Shown: piece after piece, positions 1 through 9,379 of the stretch
Layout: every line of letters begins with the position of its first letter
How positions within the stretch are numbered: the stretch's first letter is position 1
Source: Tolypothrix carrinoi HA7290-LM1
GTDB taxonomy: Bacteria > Cyanobacteriota > Cyanobacteriia > Cyanobacteriales > Nostocaceae
NCBI GenBank assembly: GCA_019358935.1
Contig: JAHHIK010000018.1
Coordinates: 1-64,000 of the forward strand
DNA length: 64,000 nt
Direction: 5' to 3'
Program-made: the position numbers and the translations under genes
Notes under the pieces: generated by a model
The model's database searches: none
What the model was told of the DNA's origin: nothing
What the model saw: only the letters and a program-made list of their open reading frames with translations

Positions 1-90
1 GACAAATTGAAAGCCGTTCCTAACTGGCAAAAACGGCTTAGAGAATACGTTGAACGGTTGATAGCTGGACAAACGGGAAATGATGGGTAG
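1..90 (+). CDS. 3' end of a small hypothetical protein (partial, runs off window)
   Basis: Frame 1 reads DKLKAVPNWQKRLREYVERLIAGQTGNDG* (TAG at 88-90); resembles small cyanobacterial proteins often found beside IS elements (recollection only). Confidence 0.4.
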   Translation, partial: DKLKAVPNWQKRLREYVERLIAGQTGNDG

Positions 91-117
91 GCTTGTCCAG
101 ATATTAGCGAACAGCAA

Positions 118-321
118 CTAACCCGTCTCAGCCGTTCTGCCGTCGTTCATCGTGATGGTGATCGAGAGGGCGCAATCGATGGGAAAATAGAGATCCTCGA
201 TAGTATCGCCGGGATGGTGCAGCATGTCGCCCAGTTGCAGCGAGACTCGCTTCAGGTTGGGGGCTAGCTTGTCGTATAACTCGCGGGGCATGGCGGCTAG
301 CAGATAATTTTCAACAGTCAT
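118..321 (-). pseudogene. Truncated Crp/Fnr-family regulator (N-terminal cNMP-binding part only)
   Basis: MTVENYLLAAMPRELYDKLAPNLKRVSL...LYFP...GRTAETG is a typical Crp-like N-terminus but stops after 67 aa, with no HTH. Confidence 0.7.
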
Positions 322-482
322 GGAAGCGTTTTGGCGAAATATCGAATGAACAACCTTTCTTAGGCTATCCAAAAAAAATCGAAATTCCGTATACAGCGTT
401 GGATGTGTTGCAGAAATTTTCAAACCCGTATTAGCAACCAACGCTGCGAGACTTCCCACTAAATCAAAGTCTTTACAAAGTG

Positions 483-1616
483 TCAATCGTTCAAAATTAT
501 GTGATGCTGCGAATCTACACTCAGCTTGTTTTGCTTCTCTAGTTGCTTAAGCGTCCGGGTGACGGTTACTCTAGTTGTGCAGCAAGCAGAGGCAAGGTCT
601 TCATGAGTTAGACGAACACTCAGCCGGATGCCATCGGCTACAGGTTCCCCAACTTCCTGTTTTAACAACTGTAATAAACTGTGCAACCGGTCTGCAACTC
701 GCGATTGCCCGTAAACAGCTAGTAGCGATTCGGTTTGTTTGAGTCGTTGGCTAATTTGCGGTAAAAGCTGCTGTTTGAGTTGATCGGAATTCGCTAACTC
801 GGTGAGTGAAATACAGGATACCTGAGTATCAACTAGGGCAGTTGCTTCATAGCACGGCAGCCCAGTTAAGCTAGAACCAAAGGCAGCTTTTGCACCTGCT
901 AACCCAACTAACACTTCTTGAGCGCGATCGCAAAACGTTGTTAGCTTTACTAGTCCTGAGTGAACCTGCCAAATTACCTCAGGCTTTAAAGGAATTGTTT
1001 CTCCTTTTAAATAAAGCTGCAAAGGATAGCTCAGATCAACATGAGTGTCAGGTTGTTCTGCTTCAACTCTTGTGCGATCGCTCAAACGTAACAGCCAGCG
1101 CAGAGTCTGCGGTTCGTTTGCTGACTGGTGACTTACAAAGACATTAACATGAATTGCTTCTTCTTTATAAGGCTGCAAGCTTAACTGCCACTCTTGTTTG
1201 CTAGGTTCTTGCTGGTGCCGCAACTTACTCTGAAACTGTTATTGATCGTAACTTATGAAAGCTTCAAGCGATCGACCAATCAGCACCGATTGCGGAACAT
1301 TCAGCAATTTAGCTGCTGCCAAATTCGCTTCTGTGATTTTCCCGCTTGCATCTGTCAGCAAGCAAGCATCGGGGATAAACTCTAACAACTCTTGGTAGCG
1401 CTGAGACTCGGCTTTTAGAGTCTGGTTAGCTAATAATAACTTTTGATTTTGCTGATAAACCATCTGTGCTGCTATCTGAAGTCTCTCAGAGGCAATGCTA
1501 AGTTCTGTCATTGATGACAGCACTGGTGGTGATGAGGATATGTTGATTTGTTGATACAAATTAGTTAAGCGATCGCTCATCGCTTTTAACTGTTGAGTAA
1601 AAACAGTGGCATTCAT
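483..1616 (-). pseudogene. PAS domain + Crp/Fnr HTH regulator split by an in-frame TAA at 1239-1241
   Basis: The PAS ORF (YQELLEFIPDACLLTDASGKITEAN) and the Crp ORF (LTHEDLASACCTTRVTVTR) are in the same frame, separated by one stop; ATG 1616 overlaps the upstream stop (ATGA). Confidence 0.75.
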
Positions 1617-2035
1617 GCTGCACACACCGATTGAATTTGTCTAGTTACGTTAGCAACTGTTGCGATCAACTCCTCAAAGTCAACAGGTTTACATAAGTGC
1701 TTGCAAAAGCCGACCGTTCGGGAATAGGCACGATCGTACTTTGTGTTGTATGTTGTTAAAGCGATCGCGGGAATCTCGACTTGTTCTTTCACCTCAAAAG
1801 CTTTTACTTTATGCATCAACGAAAAGCCGTCTTCATTAGGCAAGGCAATTTCGCTGATCAAAACATCTGGTTTAACTTGTTTGAGAATTTCTAAAGCCTC
1901 GCTTACGCATTTACAGGCGATCGTCTCTATGCCATAATCCTCAAACACCATTCTCAGTAAATCTCTACAATCAGAGTTATTATCAACAACTAGCACTCGT
2001 ACACCGTTGAGGGGCAAAGATCGATCGCACATCAT
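1613..2035 (-). CDS. Single-domain response regulator (CheY-like receiver)
   Basis: VLVVDNN, PDVLISEIALPNEDG, IALT and KP motifs; the phospho-acceptor Asp position appears to be Glu (ISEI). Confidence 0.85.
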   Translation of the reverse strand: MMCDRSLPLNGVRVLVVDNNSDCRDLLRMVFEDYGIETIACKCVSEALEILKQVKPDVLISEIALPNEDGFSLMHKVKAFEVKEQVEIPAIALTTYNTKYDRAYSRTVGFCKHLCKPVDFEELIATVANVTRQIQSVCAA

Positions 2036-2520
2036 AGGTAAATACTTTGTTTGAATACAAACAGCGTTATTTAATTAAACAGACAACATTTGCCTGCCGT
2101 TTTGCAGGCAGACGAATGCAAACAATTTTTTTTGGAAATGACTAGCCTTTTTAACCGAGATACATGAAAGTTCTCGCTTTGCAGTTAGTTGAGAAACAGC
2201 AACCAAGCAACGGGCGATGCTTTAAAGGTAATTACTTATCTTCTTTGAGAATAATTCAAAGTTGCATCAAGCTTCAGTACGCTTTCGCACTTAAAAACTT
2301 TATTTTTAGCGCGATCGCTCTTAAGTATGACTTTAACAAACGTTTTTCTGCCAATTCCTCTCTCAAGATACACCTTTAGTAGTAATGAAGTGCTGGAGTG
2401 AGGATTTTTTACTTTGAATGCAAGCAAATCAAACTGAGGGATGATGAGCAATTTACTTGTAAATTGGCAAAATCGCAATATAAGGCGCGATCTTCCTTAT
2501 AAGCGTCAGGGATGTGGGGC

Positions 2521-2994
2521 ATGATTAAATCTTGGATGGTGATTGGGGGTGTGACTTTTGTAGTTGCGCTGGCTGCTAATTTCTTTACCCCAAGCGATCG
2601 CAGATGGTTTAAAAGCTTGCAAAGACCGAGATGGCTAACTTTTGAGGCAGCAATTCCACTTATTTGGACTGTAATATTTATCTGCGGTGCTTGGTCAGCT
2701 TATATTGTCTGGGAAAAAAACCCCTCAACGACTGAAACATGGTTGCGGATGGGTTTATACTTACTTTTAGAAATTGCTACCATCGCCTACACGCCTGTAA
2801 TGTTTAGACTTCGCAGCCTGAAAATCGGTACAATTATTGGTGCGATCGGTTTTATTATCGCTGTTATTTTAACACTGGCAGTTTTACCCGTTTCTGGTTG
2901 GGCAGCACTGTTACTGGTTCCTTATTTACTTTGGAGTCCTATTGGCACTTACACCACTAAGGCAATGACTGAGCTTAATCCTCAAGATGCTTGA
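2521..2994 (+). CDS. tspO: TspO/MBR family tryptophan-rich sensory protein (copy 1)
   Basis: WFKSLQRPRW, IWTVIF and LLVPYLLW motifs; about 5 TM segments. Confidence 0.9.
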   Translation: MIKSWMVIGGVTFVVALAANFFTPSDRRWFKSLQRPRWLTFEAAIPLIWTVIFICGAWSAYIVWEKNPSTTETWLRMGLYLLLEIATIAYTPVMFRLRSLKIGTIIGAIGFIIAVILTLAVLPVSGWAALLLVPYLLWSPIGTYTTKAMTELNPQDA

Positions 2995-2997
2995 ATA

Positions 2998-3280
2998 GGT
3001 GTTGGTTGTTGGTGGTTGGTGGTTAGTTGTTGGTGGTTAGTTGTTGGTGGTTAGTTGTTGGTGGTTGGTTGTTGGTGGTTGGTTGTTGGTGGTTAGTTGT
3101 TGGTGGTTAGTTGTTGGTGGTTAGTTGTTGGTTGTTTTTTTCTATCCAAATTCCACTACCCACTACCCACTACCCAAATTCCACTACCCACTATCCAAAT
3201 TCCACTATCAACTATCAACTACCCATTATCCAAATTCCACTACCCAAATTCCACTACCCACTACCCAAATTCCACTATCT
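2998..3280. repeat. STRR-type heptamer tandem repeats (TGGTGGT/TAGTTGT) followed by CCAAATTCCACTA repeats
   Basis: Directly visible tandem units. Confidence 0.9.
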
Positions 3281-3429
3281 ATCAAAACTACAACCTGCGA
3301 CTGATTAAAAGCATACTTGAAAATTGTCAAAATTGCCGTGTGTAACTCAATCCGGTTTAGTTAAGGATAATAGCTGCACAAAGGATACCTTTGTAAAAGC
3401 ATTAGTTTGTTGTCTTAATGATTAGCGTT

Positions 3430-3618
3430 GTAACGAAAGTTGAAGCAATGGTAACGACAGCTTCTGCATTCGTAACGAAAGTTGAAGCATTAGTAACGAC
3501 AGCTTTAATGTTTGTAACAAGAGTTGAAGCTGTGGTAACGACAGCTTCTGCATTGGTAACGACAGCTTTTAGCGTGGTGACAAATAAGCAACTTATATTA
3601 ACGACGGTAAAATTGAGG
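3430..3618. repeat. 21-bp tandem array (GTAACGACAGCTTCTGCATTG-like; 7 good and 2 degenerate units)
   Basis: GTAAC recurs with an exact 21-nt period. Confidence 0.85.
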
Positions 3619-3678
3619 CTGAATAACCTTAAGTAAACGATATCAAGATACAACTTGACAAATGCACTTATTTGAGAG

Positions 3679-4158
3679 ATGAATATGATTAAATCTTGGA
3701 TGATTATTGGAGCGATAACTTTCATTGTGATGATTGGTAGTTTCTTCATCACTCCCCGTGACATCAAATGGTTCGCTAGCTTAACTCGTCCCAGATGGCT
3801 AGTTTTTGAACCACTAATTCCGATCATTTGGACTGTGATTTTCATTTGCGGTGCAGCTTCGGCTAATATTGTTTGGCAAAAAAATCCCGGAAGTTTGATA
3901 ACCTGGCTGTTAATGGGTTTATACCTGCTGCTGGAAATTATCACTGTCACCTACATACCGATAATGCTGAGGTTCCGCAGTCTCAAAAGAGGTGAGATTA
4001 TTGGTTCAGTTGGTGCTATTTTCGGTGTGGTGTTAACAATTTGTGTTTTGCCGATTTCGCCACTGGCAGCGGGTTTGCTAGTACCTTATTTACTGTGGAG
4101 TCCGATTGGTGCTTACACCACTGACGAGTTAATTAAGCTAAATCCTCAAGATGCGTGA
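3679..4158 (+). CDS. tspO: TspO/MBR family protein (copy 2, tandem paralogue)
   Basis: Same motifs as copy 1; shared MIKSWM start and LNPQDA end. Confidence 0.9.
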   Translation: MNMIKSWMIIGAITFIVMIGSFFITPRDIKWFASLTRPRWLVFEPLIPIIWTVIFICGAASANIVWQKNPGSLITWLLMGLYLLLEIITVTYIPIMLRFRSLKRGEIIGSVGAIFGVVLTICVLPISPLAAGLLVPYLLWSPIGAYTTDELIKLNPQDA

Positions 4159-4300
4159 CATCCTCCAGACACCGACCCTATCGGGTACGGGGAAAAGCTT
4201 CCCAATATCGCTATTGGGTATTCCTGCTTCACAAGTCGCGTCTAGACCGAAGTCCCCGACAACGATACTTCCACAGGCAGCTTGACCGTGAGTCCCACGG
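4135..4300 (-). ncRNA. Putative TnpB omegaRNA (reRNA) scaffold plus guide from flanking DNA
   Basis: Overlaps the tnpB 3' end and runs through the right end; several hairpins (CCCAATA-GCGA-TATTGGG, ACCC-GATA-GGGT); inferred from known TnpB biology. Confidence 0.55.
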
Positions 4301-5500
4301 CTGCAAGACCCCTTTGCTCTACTACCATTGCAGCAGCGACATCGCGGTCTGTTGTATATCCACACTCATGACAAACATGAACGCGCTCGGACAGTTTTTT
4401 CTTTCCAGTGTAAGTTCCGCATTGAGGACAAGTCTGGCTAGTTCCATTAGGGTCAACCTTAGCAAAGTACACCCCACGTTTCCAACAAACCCAAGACAAA
4501 ATCTCAAGGAAACTGCCCGAAGCAGCATCAAGACAATGCTTTGCTAGCATCCCCCGACTAGTCATCTTGAGATTCAAATCCTCGGCAAAAATCATGCCCA
4601 CACCCAAATTAGACAAAGCATGAGCAGTTTTGATGTGGAACTCTTTACGGATACTATGAATGCGTTCGTGCAGTCTGCGAACTTTATGCTGAGTCTTGCG
4701 GTAGTTGGCAGAACCCTTGGTTTTGTTTCTTAACTTGCGTTGCAGCCATCGAAGCTTGCTTTGCAAATCCGCAAAGAAACGTGGTCTGTCTACCAATTTG
4801 CCATTAGATACAGCCAAGAACTTAGACAGTCCCATATCAATACCAATGGAATCACCATGCGGCATGATATCAGGAACGGAGGCATCACACTGCAAAATCA
4901 ATTGGCTATACCATCCCGATGCTTTATTGATTACCCTAACCTGTTTGATAACAAATCCATCTGGGATTGGGCGATGCACTCTTATCGGTACTGCTCCAAT
5001 TTTAGGCAGTTTAATTTGCAGTCCAGTCAAGGGGTTGTCTTTAAACTGCGGAAATACAAACGACCGATACTGCCCAAACTTTTTGAATCTTGGGAATCCA
5101 AAACCTCGCTCTTTCATAAATTTGAAAGCTTTATCAAGACGCTTGAGGGCATCTTGCAAAACCTGCGATTGAACGTCTTTAAGTTCTGGGTTTTCCTTTT
5201 TAGCTGGGGTCAGCGCATTCTGTTGTTTGTAATAGTCGGGGTATGGTGCATCAGTAGGGATAATGTACTCAGAACGGATACTGCAAGCATTGACCGCACA
5301 CTTACGCGAGGCTATCCAGTCTTTACGTTCCCGCAAAGCATAGTTGTAAACTTTGCGGCAAGCTTCCATCCAGGCAAACATTCTGTCCTCTTGGATGTCA
5401 GACGGGTAAATCCGGTATGTGTAGGTCAAACTAAGCATTTTGTAACCTCCATTTGAATTCTAACAGATTTTGCTAACTGGTTAGAATTGTCTAGAGATAG
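4155..5500 (-). mobile_element. IS200/IS605-family element with tnpB only (IS1341-like); boundaries approximate
   Basis: tnpB ORF; right-end-like GGAGGATGTCAC with a preceding hairpin (minus strand); left-end-like hairpin AATTCTAAC...GTTAGAATT at about 5456-5488; no tnpA. Confidence 0.75.
4242..5438 (-). CDS. tnpB: RNA-guided endonuclease TnpB
   Basis: YTYRIYP N-terminus, GFPRFKK, RuvC motifs GIDMG / AEDL / DRDVAAA, Zn finger CPQC...CHEC. Confidence 0.95.
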   Translation of the reverse strand: MLSLTYTYRIYPSDIQEDRMFAWMEACRKVYNYALRERKDWIASRKCAVNACSIRSEYIIPTDAPYPDYYKQQNALTPAKKENPELKDVQSQVLQDALKRLDKAFKFMKERGFGFPRFKKFGQYRSFVFPQFKDNPLTGLQIKLPKIGAVPIRVHRPIPDGFVIKQVRVINKASGWYSQLILQCDASVPDIMPHGDSIGIDMGLSKFLAVSNGKLVDRPRFFADLQSKLRWLQRKLRNKTKGSANYRKTQHKVRRLHERIHSIRKEFHIKTAHALSNLGVGMIFAEDLNLKMTSRGMLAKHCLDAASGSFLEILSWVCWKRGVYFAKVDPNGTSQTCPQCGTYTGKKKLSERVHVCHECGYTTDRDVAAAMVVEQRGLAAVGLTVKLPVEVSLSGTSV

Positions 5501-5563
5501 TCAAAAATTCAACTGCCCCACTCCCTCTTTGGGAGTTACGGCAAATTAGTTAATTTCTCACAC

Positions 5564-6265
5564 TCATACAACACGTCCATAACGAGCTGACAGAGAACTA
5601 CCTGGTATCAATTGGTTATTCAACCAGCAATACATCTGATCTCCTAAAGAGAAATGCCACCATTCTCTAGGATTGCGTTGAAATCCGGCTTTTAACATTA
5701 CATTATGCAACAGTTGACGATGAGCGTGATATTGTTGTGCTTCGACGCTATTATTGGCAAAGTAATCGGGAAGCGATCGCTCTGACATTTCATCAATCGG
5801 CGAACCCATATCAACTACTCGTCCATTATCATCTACCAGCGTCACATCCACCGCCGCGCCTGTACTGTGGGGAGGCGGAGTCTTTTCATCTAAACTGGGT
5901 ACAGCCCAAATTTGATAAACCGCTTCCCAAATCTCTTGGCGTTTAGTTGGTGACAATGCCTCAGTTAATCCCCTTTCTGACAGCGCTTGAGCAAAACTGT
6001 AATCTACCATAAACTGTTGCACAGCAACCGGGCGATAAGCATCAAAAATTTGAATGCGCCAATTTGGATGTATTGATTGTAAGTAACTTTGCGCTTCAAG
6101 CAAGTTAGAAATCAAGCTAGAGCGGATAAAATAAGGAGAATGTTCCCCATAAGGGGCGCCTAGCTTTTCATAAGGATGGGGAGACTCCACCGCAAACAAT
6201 TCTAAAGGAATCTCCACCAACGGTTCACCACATTCGATAATTGGCACTTGATGATAAAGGCGCAT
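5564..6265 (-). CDS. D-alanyl-D-alanine dipeptidase (peptidase M15, VanX/DdpX-like)
   Basis: IFDAYRP, PPHSTGAAVD and EWWHFS motifs; start placed at MRLYHQ because the upstream extension is repeat-derived. Confidence 0.9.
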   Translation of the reverse strand: MRLYHQVPIIECGEPLVEIPLELFAVESPHPYEKLGAPYGEHSPYFIRSSLISNLLEAQSYLQSIHPNWRIQIFDAYRPVAVQQFMVDYSFAQALSERGLTEALSPTKRQEIWEAVYQIWAVPSLDEKTPPPHSTGAAVDVTLVDDNGRVVDMGSPIDEMSERSLPDYFANNSVEAQQYHAHRQLLHNVMLKAGFQRNPREWWHFSLGDQMYCWLNNQLIPGSSLSARYGRVV

Positions 6266-6632
6266 TTTGATTTTGGGCATTGGGAATTGGTAATTGGTAA
6301 TTGGTAATTGGGCATTGGGCATAGGTTTGGCTGTGCGTAGGCATCGGCAGCGCGGTCATGTTCGTTACCCCCATGAGCGACTGCCGCAAGGGTTTCCCGG
6401 CAGACGCGCACCTGCCGTCATTGGGCATTGGTAATAATTCTTTCCCAATCATAGGCAGGTGCTACAACTTTCTCGGCAGCTTTTCGGGGGAAGCTTAAGA
6501 GCGAAAACGTGACGAGTGGAAAATACGCACTTGCCTGCCTCCCCTTTCCCCTTTCACGGCAGGTGCTACAACGGGGGGAACCCCCGCAACGCACTGCCTC
6601 CCCTTTCCCCCTCTTCAAAAACCCTTGTCCCC

Positions 6633-6902
6633 TTATCCCCTTGTCCCCTTATCCCCTTGTCCCCCTTGTCCCCCTTGTCCCCCTTGTCCCCCCTTTGGTA
6701 CCGGATCGTATCCACCGGGATGAAAGGGATGGCAGCGCAAAATCCGCCAAATTGCCATCCAACTACCGCGCAGAACACCAAATCGTTCAATTGCTTCAAT
6801 AGCATACATTGAACAAGTTGGCTGAAAGCGACAAGTTGGGGGAAACAGCGGTGATATGAAAATGCGATAACCTTTAATTAACCAAATAAATAATAATTTC
6901 AT
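6633..6902 (-). CDS. yidD: Membrane protein insertion efficiency factor YidD with repeat-derived GQ tail
   Basis: [18 protein letters not shown]...[17 protein letters not shown] signature. Confidence 0.92.
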   Translation of the reverse strand: MKLLFIWLIKGYRIFISPLFPPTCRFQPTCSMYAIEAIERFGVLRGSWMAIWRILRCHPFHPGGYDPVPKGGQGGQGGQGGQGDKGTRG

Positions 6903-6925
6903 CGCAGTAACCCAAATCCTATACA

Positions 6926-7663
6926 TTGATAATAAGCGTCAACGTTTTTCATATTGTTGTATTGTTAACTTCATTTTTTGATTTACAGTCAACTCCGTCT
7001 TTGTCGCTGCAAGTTGCGATCGCTGCTGTTTGGGTGTCACTCATTCTCCTGATTGCCTGGGTGACAAATCGTTTTGTCAATAGCGATACAGAACTTCTGC
7101 GGAAAATCGTTCATATTGGCACTGGCAATGTGATTTTATTCGCATGGTTACTAAATTTCCCTGCGAGTGTGGGGATTACAGCTTCGATTTTAGCGAGTGC
7201 TGTCACCTTATTGTCCTATCTATTTCCGATTCTCCCAGGTATTAATAGTGTCGGACGCCAAAGTTTGGGGACATTTTTTTATGCTGTTAGTGTAGGTGTT
7301 TTAGTTGCCTGCTTCTGGCACTTGCAACAACCGCAGTACGCAGCGATCGGTATTTTGATAATGGCATGGGGAGATGGATTAGCAGCGCTGATTGGACAGC
7401 GATTTGGCAAACATAAATATCAAGTCTTTGGGGTACAAAAAAGCTGGGAAGGCTCTTTGACGATGGCTATTGTCAGCTATATTGTCTGTAGTTTGATTTT
7501 ACTCTTCACACTGGGCAATGTTTGGCAAACTTGGTTGGTATCGCTGGTAGTTGCTGTGGTAGCTACTGGTTTAGAAGCTTTTTCTTTGTTGGGTGTTGAC
7601 AATTTGACAGTTCCTATAGGTAGTGCGGCTTTTGCTTTTGTGTTAATTCAGTTACTAAGTTGA
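6926..7663 (+). CDS. Phytol kinase / polyprenol kinase (CTP-dependent)
   Basis: [25 protein letters not shown] and DNLTVP motifs; true start may be slightly downstream. Confidence 0.88.
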   Translation: MIISVNVFHIVVLLTSFFDLQSTPSLSLQVAIAAVWVSLILLIAWVTNRFVNSDTELLRKIVHIGTGNVILFAWLLNFPASVGITASILASAVTLLSYLFPILPGINSVGRQSLGTFFYAVSVGVLVACFWHLQQPQYAAIGILIMAWGDGLAALIGQRFGKHKYQVFGVQKSWEGSLTMAIVSYIVCSLILLFTLGNVWQTWLVSLVVAVVATGLEAFSLLGVDNLTVPIGSAAFAFVLIQLLS

Positions 7664-7773
7664 GAATAAATAGGATTTTTAAACGCAGAGGAGCGCGAAG
7701 TAATCGCAGAGGTACGCAGAGGTTTTTCGAGTTTAATTTGTGGGGAATTTGGGCAATTTTTTATTTAGCGGCA

Positions 7774-8265
7774 TTAGTTGTAACATCTGCCATGACTATA
7801 ATACTGGCATCTGTAGTTATGTCGTCTGTGATAATTTTGGGGATGATATTGACGCTGGTATCTGTAGTAATGTCGTCTGGGGTGACGATTTTGACGATAG
7901 TAAACGCGGTTTCGATTATACCTGCGATTTGGACGCACTCGGCGATGATGTCGATAGCTGCGGGAACGCACCTTTTGCCAATAACGACGAAGACGCTGGT
8001 GATGGATATTCCGATAATACTCGTATTTGGTCTGTTTGACTTGGACTGTATCAGCTTCCAAGTTGCCTTGAATTGATGAATTTTCTTCATTGGCAAGCGT
8101 GAAAGAATTCATCACACTTTGATTTGCCTGTGTGGAAGTAACTGGCAATGTCGATTCTTGAGACTGTGGCTGGTTTTGAACTTTATTTACTAAATGTGCT
8201 GCTGCTGTCTCAAATCCCAGGCAACTGGGCAATAGTAAAGCACTAACTATCAATTTCCAAAACAT
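7774..8265 (-). CDS. Hypothetical secreted protein with Arg/His/Tyr-rich low-complexity C-terminus
   Basis: Signal-peptide-like N-terminus (MFWKLIVSALLLPSCLGFETAAA); GGA-containing RBS candidate upstream. Confidence 0.65.
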   Translation of the reverse strand: MFWKLIVSALLLPSCLGFETAAAHLVNKVQNQPQSQESTLPVTSTQANQSVMNSFTLANEENSSIQGNLEADTVQVKQTKYEYYRNIHHQRLRRYWQKVRSRSYRHHRRVRPNRRYNRNRVYYRQNRHPRRHYYRYQRQYHPQNYHRRHNYRCQYYSHGRCYN

Positions 8266-8696
8266 TGTTGAAGTGTTCCTAGTTTTTGATTCTCTGAAAT
8301 GGCTAAATTTATCCCCAGCGTATTTTTTGCACCAGGAATAAACAAAGCCTTTAGTTAGGACTTACCACAGCCAGCATTATTAAGAGAGTATCCAAGCGAT
8401 CGCTTCTTTCACTCTCTGACAAATATTAATGATTTAATAACATTTACAAAACGATACATATACATAGCAAATAGACTCTAATCTCCCCAATGACGGCAGG
8501 TGCTCCACTTGGGGAGCCACTGCGTTGGACGGGTTTCCCGGCAGACGCGCAAGTGGCGTGAGACCCCAAGACCCTTACGGGTTCGGCAGTCCCCCATCGA
8601 CGGGAACCGCCAAGACGGGGGCTGCCTCACCGCACTGCCTCCCCAATTCCCGATTCCCAATTACCTATTACCCATTCCCAATTCCCAATTCCCAAC

Positions 8697-8737
8697 AAAA
8701 AAAGTCGGTGGATAATTTACTTTTCCACCGACTTTAA
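8697..8737. terminator. Rho-independent terminator, probably for the small ORF upstream on the minus strand
   Basis: AAAGTCGGTGGA...TCCACCGACTTT stem flanked by A and T runs. Confidence 0.75.
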
Positions 8738-8765
8738 TTTTCATTGACACATCTAATATCATCAT

Positions 8766-8918
8766 TTACCAATTGTCGGCTGCACCTTTGTAAGGTTCAC
8801 CCGTAAACGGTTGTATACCAATAACAGGATAAGCATCATCATTAGGACCAAAAATCCGCATCGCCGCTTCAGAAATATACTGGGCAATGCTCGCTAATAT
8901 TCTGGAGATAGCCATCAT
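8766..8918 (-). CDS. atpT: 50-aa small protein, AtpTheta/Norf1-like ATP synthase inhibitor (missing from ORF track)
   Basis: MMAISRILASIAQYISEAAMRIFGPNDDAYPVIGIQPFTGEPYKGAADNW; AAGGAG RBS upstream; own terminator; the QYISEA-RIFGP-DD-YP-G-QPF-G motif matches my recollection of AtpTheta. Confidence 0.75.
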   Translation of the reverse strand: MMAISRILASIAQYISEAAMRIFGPNDDAYPVIGIQPFTGEPYKGAADNW

Positions 8919-9318
8919 ATTAAATTCTCCTTTTTTCGCAGTGTTTTTAATTGCGATGTATCTACTTTAATTCTCATATTCTGGACTGGCTCAGATTCTC
9001 AATATATTGAGAATTTATGCAATGATTCTTCAGGTGTTGTTGCAATACTTTATATAAGAAAAATTAAACTTTGCCCTTTGATTATGATTCTAACCTATAC
9101 CAATTATTCCTCACCTTATAAATGTAAGGCTATAGGAACTAAAGCTCAGAACCCCGGTAACTCCTGCGAAACCGGGGTTCTTGTTGTTCACGCTCTTATG
9201 CGCGGATTGCTATATCTAGTTATTTCTCACAAATACTATAAATAAATATGAACTAATAGTATTAATTTGACCGCAACTACCTGATTTAAAGCACTAAATG
9301 ACATAAGTCTTGCGACAG

Positions 9319-9350
9319 TTGACATTATTTATGGTAAAACCTACCATAAA
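9319..9350 (+). promoter_or_regulatory. sigma70-type promoter (TTGACA-17-TACCAT) overlapped by an NrtR-box palindrome
   Basis: TTTATGGTAAAACCTACCATAAA at 9328-9350 has the GT-N7-AC core, lies directly upstream of pncB, and nrtR is in the operon. Confidence 0.8.
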
Positions 9351-9379
9351 TAAAAGCATTCTTGTAAGGGCGCGTCAGC

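Noticed and set aside
3097..3345. ORFs translated from STRR or TTGTCCCC repeats (also 6509-6812, 10770-11000, 18510-18820, 23232-23479, 40852-41118)
   Set aside because: Low-complexity repeat translations, open in several frames, with no protein-family signal
4705..5456. Long plus-strand ORFs opposite tnpB considered as tnpA
   Set aside because: No HUH/Y1 or serine-recombinase motifs; antisense shadows
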